Assembly (NCBI GenBank): GCA_030324005.1
Contig: JARDVH010000106.1
Span: forward strand, 59,270,763 to 59,334,762
DNA from: Negaprion brevirostris
Lineage: Eukaryota
Direction of reading: 5' to 3'
Length of the DNA stretch: 64,000 bases
The translations under genes and the position numbers were made by a program. Below, piece after piece: positions 62,086 to 64,000 of this stretch (the first letter of the stretch is position 1; the number at the start of each line of letters is the position of its first letter). Under the pieces are notes generated by a model that saw only the letters and a list, made by a program, of their open reading frames with translations, was not told the DNA's origin and did no database searches.

Positions 62086-64000
62086 CTGAACATTTACACA
62101 TTTCCTAGCTTTGTTTTCAGATTTCCAGCATCTGCAGTGTTTCTCTTGTTGTGTTCAGTTTGGTTACACGCCAGTCCACAAGCATAATATGTAAAAATAT
62201 AAAATTGCAGCCGAAGTTTCGGCCAGCTTGATTTTTTTTTTGAACGCCATCTGGTCTCGTAATTCTGCATCTTGAGCTCAGCCTTTTGTTTTAGAACTGT
62301 TTGCTTACCTGCTGTAATCGCGAACAGATTCTTATCCACCTATAGTGCACCAACATTGAGTTCAACTGTCATGAAAATTCAGCATGAGGGTTGACAATTT
62401 GCAAATATGGTCTATATTTTCATAAGTAGCTAGCTTACAAAGATTACTTGGAGGAAAGAACTAACATTATTGCCTCAAAGTGCCATGGACTTGGGGTCAA
62501 TTCCAGCCTTGGGTGACTGTGTGGACTTTACACACCCTCTCCGTGTCTGTCACCTCTGGATGTNNNNNNNNNNNNNNNNNNNNNNNNNNNNNNNNNNNNN
62601 NNNNNNNNNNNNNNNNNNNNNNNNNNNNNNNNNNNNNNNNNNNNNNNNNNNNNNNNNNNNNNNNNNNNNNNNNNNNNNNNNNNNNNNNNNNNNNNNNNNN
62701 NNNNNNNNNNNNNNNNNNNNNNNNNNNNNNNNNNNNNNNNNNNNNNNNNNNNNNNNNNNNNNNNNNNNNNNNNNNNNNNNNNNNNNNNNNNNNNNNNNNN
62801 NNNNNNNNNNNNNNNNNNNNNNNNNNNNNNNNNNNNNNNNNNNNNNNNNNNNNNNNNNNNNNNNNNNNNNNNNNNNNNNNNNNNNNNNNNNNNNNNNNNT
62901 TTTCCAAAGCTTGGCCACTTTATCACGTTTCCCTCGCATAAAATAACATGTGCTTTGATCCACTAATAGAAATACTGGTGCCTAACAGAATACCAATTAA
63001 CTGTTGATGAATTTAAGACTAGTCGTCTCACGCATCCACTTATCCATGCGGCAGGTTTCACAAATAACAAAGCTGGAAGTGTCTCATTTATCTGCAGTTT
63101 TTTGTAATATTTATTACTGTAACTCCATAGAGTACATAATAGAGTTCAAGAGCATAAGACAAAATGCATCATTTTAAAATTGACTTGTGCTTCTGTGTTT
63201 TTGGTGCATATTTATTTGCTAATATAATTTTTCTATATTAAGGATATACAGATAAGGTTTAAATGTGTTGGATTAATGTACTGTTTAAACCTTCAAAATT
63301 GATATCAGGATGAGATGATTTAGTACACTACACAAGCTTTTTTGTTAGAGATCATTTTGCTACTGTTGAATTTTGGATTATATAATCAAGAGCAAAACCC
63401 TTCCCTCCTATGCAATTGGAGACAATATTTTAATCTATGCATATGTTTTATTAGAGACCTGCATAGATGATTTGATGCACAGAGATGCTTTGTAATGAGC
63501 TTTCATTTTTCTCTAATGCTTGAACAGTGGAACTTCAATATTGGACTAATTACAAGCTGGAGCAATTTCCTTACATATTTAACTTGTAAGTTTTTGTGTA
63601 CTTAAATTCTCATTGATCACCTCAGATCATAACTGGCGAGGGGGTGGAGGAGGCTGGTGTGATTGCAAAGAGTAAACCCTCTTGAAACATTTTTATATCA
63701 ACATATTGGATCTTTTTTCTATATTGTTCATTGGATGTGGGTGTCACTCATAAGGCAAGTATTTATTGCCCATCACCTAATGTCGTGATTAACTCCCTTT
63801 TATGAACTGCTGCAATCCATTTAGTGCAGTGATGATGTGTGACTTGGTGGGTGACTTGATGTTGTTCACATGCATCTGCTGTCTTTGTCCATTTCAAGAT
63901 GGTACAAGTTGTGGGTTTGTAACAACCTGTGCAAAAAAGAATCTTAAGATTCTTTTGGATGTAACTATTCGTTTGTTCAATAGTCAATCTCATTTAATTA

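Noticed and set aside
60635-62963. Long ORFs dominated by X
   Set aside because: Artefacts of N runs.
56699-64000. Remaining MOSPD2 exons (end of MSP and the transmembrane anchor)
   Set aside because: No matching exon was recognised. They presumably lie beyond the window or in a gap.

Overview
Vertebrate genomic DNA, most likely from a shark or other elasmobranch (inferred from the repeat content: HE1-type and Deu-domain-type SINEs, CR1 and Rex1/Babar LINEs). Two multi-exon genes lie head-to-head across a CpG-rich bidirectional promoter at about 17.4-18.1 kb. FANCB is on the minus strand, with four coding exons visible (15781 to 881) before it runs off the left edge. MOSPD2 is on the plus strand, with twelve coding exons visible (17779 to 56698; CRAL-TRIO plus most of the MSP domain) before it runs off the right edge. 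All exons were delimited by hand from GT/AG boundaries, and their splice phases are mutually consistent. The introns are dense with decayed LINEs, SINEs and MITE-like elements, and there are several N runs. The most interesting non-genic signal is a set of short inserts, several palindromic and flanked by target-site duplications, that carry two distinct families of CpG-decayed minimal hammerhead ribozyme motifs of the Penelope-like-element type. Also notable are a ~550 bp fold-back in MOSPD2 intron 2, a triple-nested LINE stack, a minisatellite split by a CR1 insertion next to the promoter, and a uORF whose stop overlaps the MOSPD2 start codon. Repeat boundaries are approximate, and family names and human comparisons come from recall, not from database searches.
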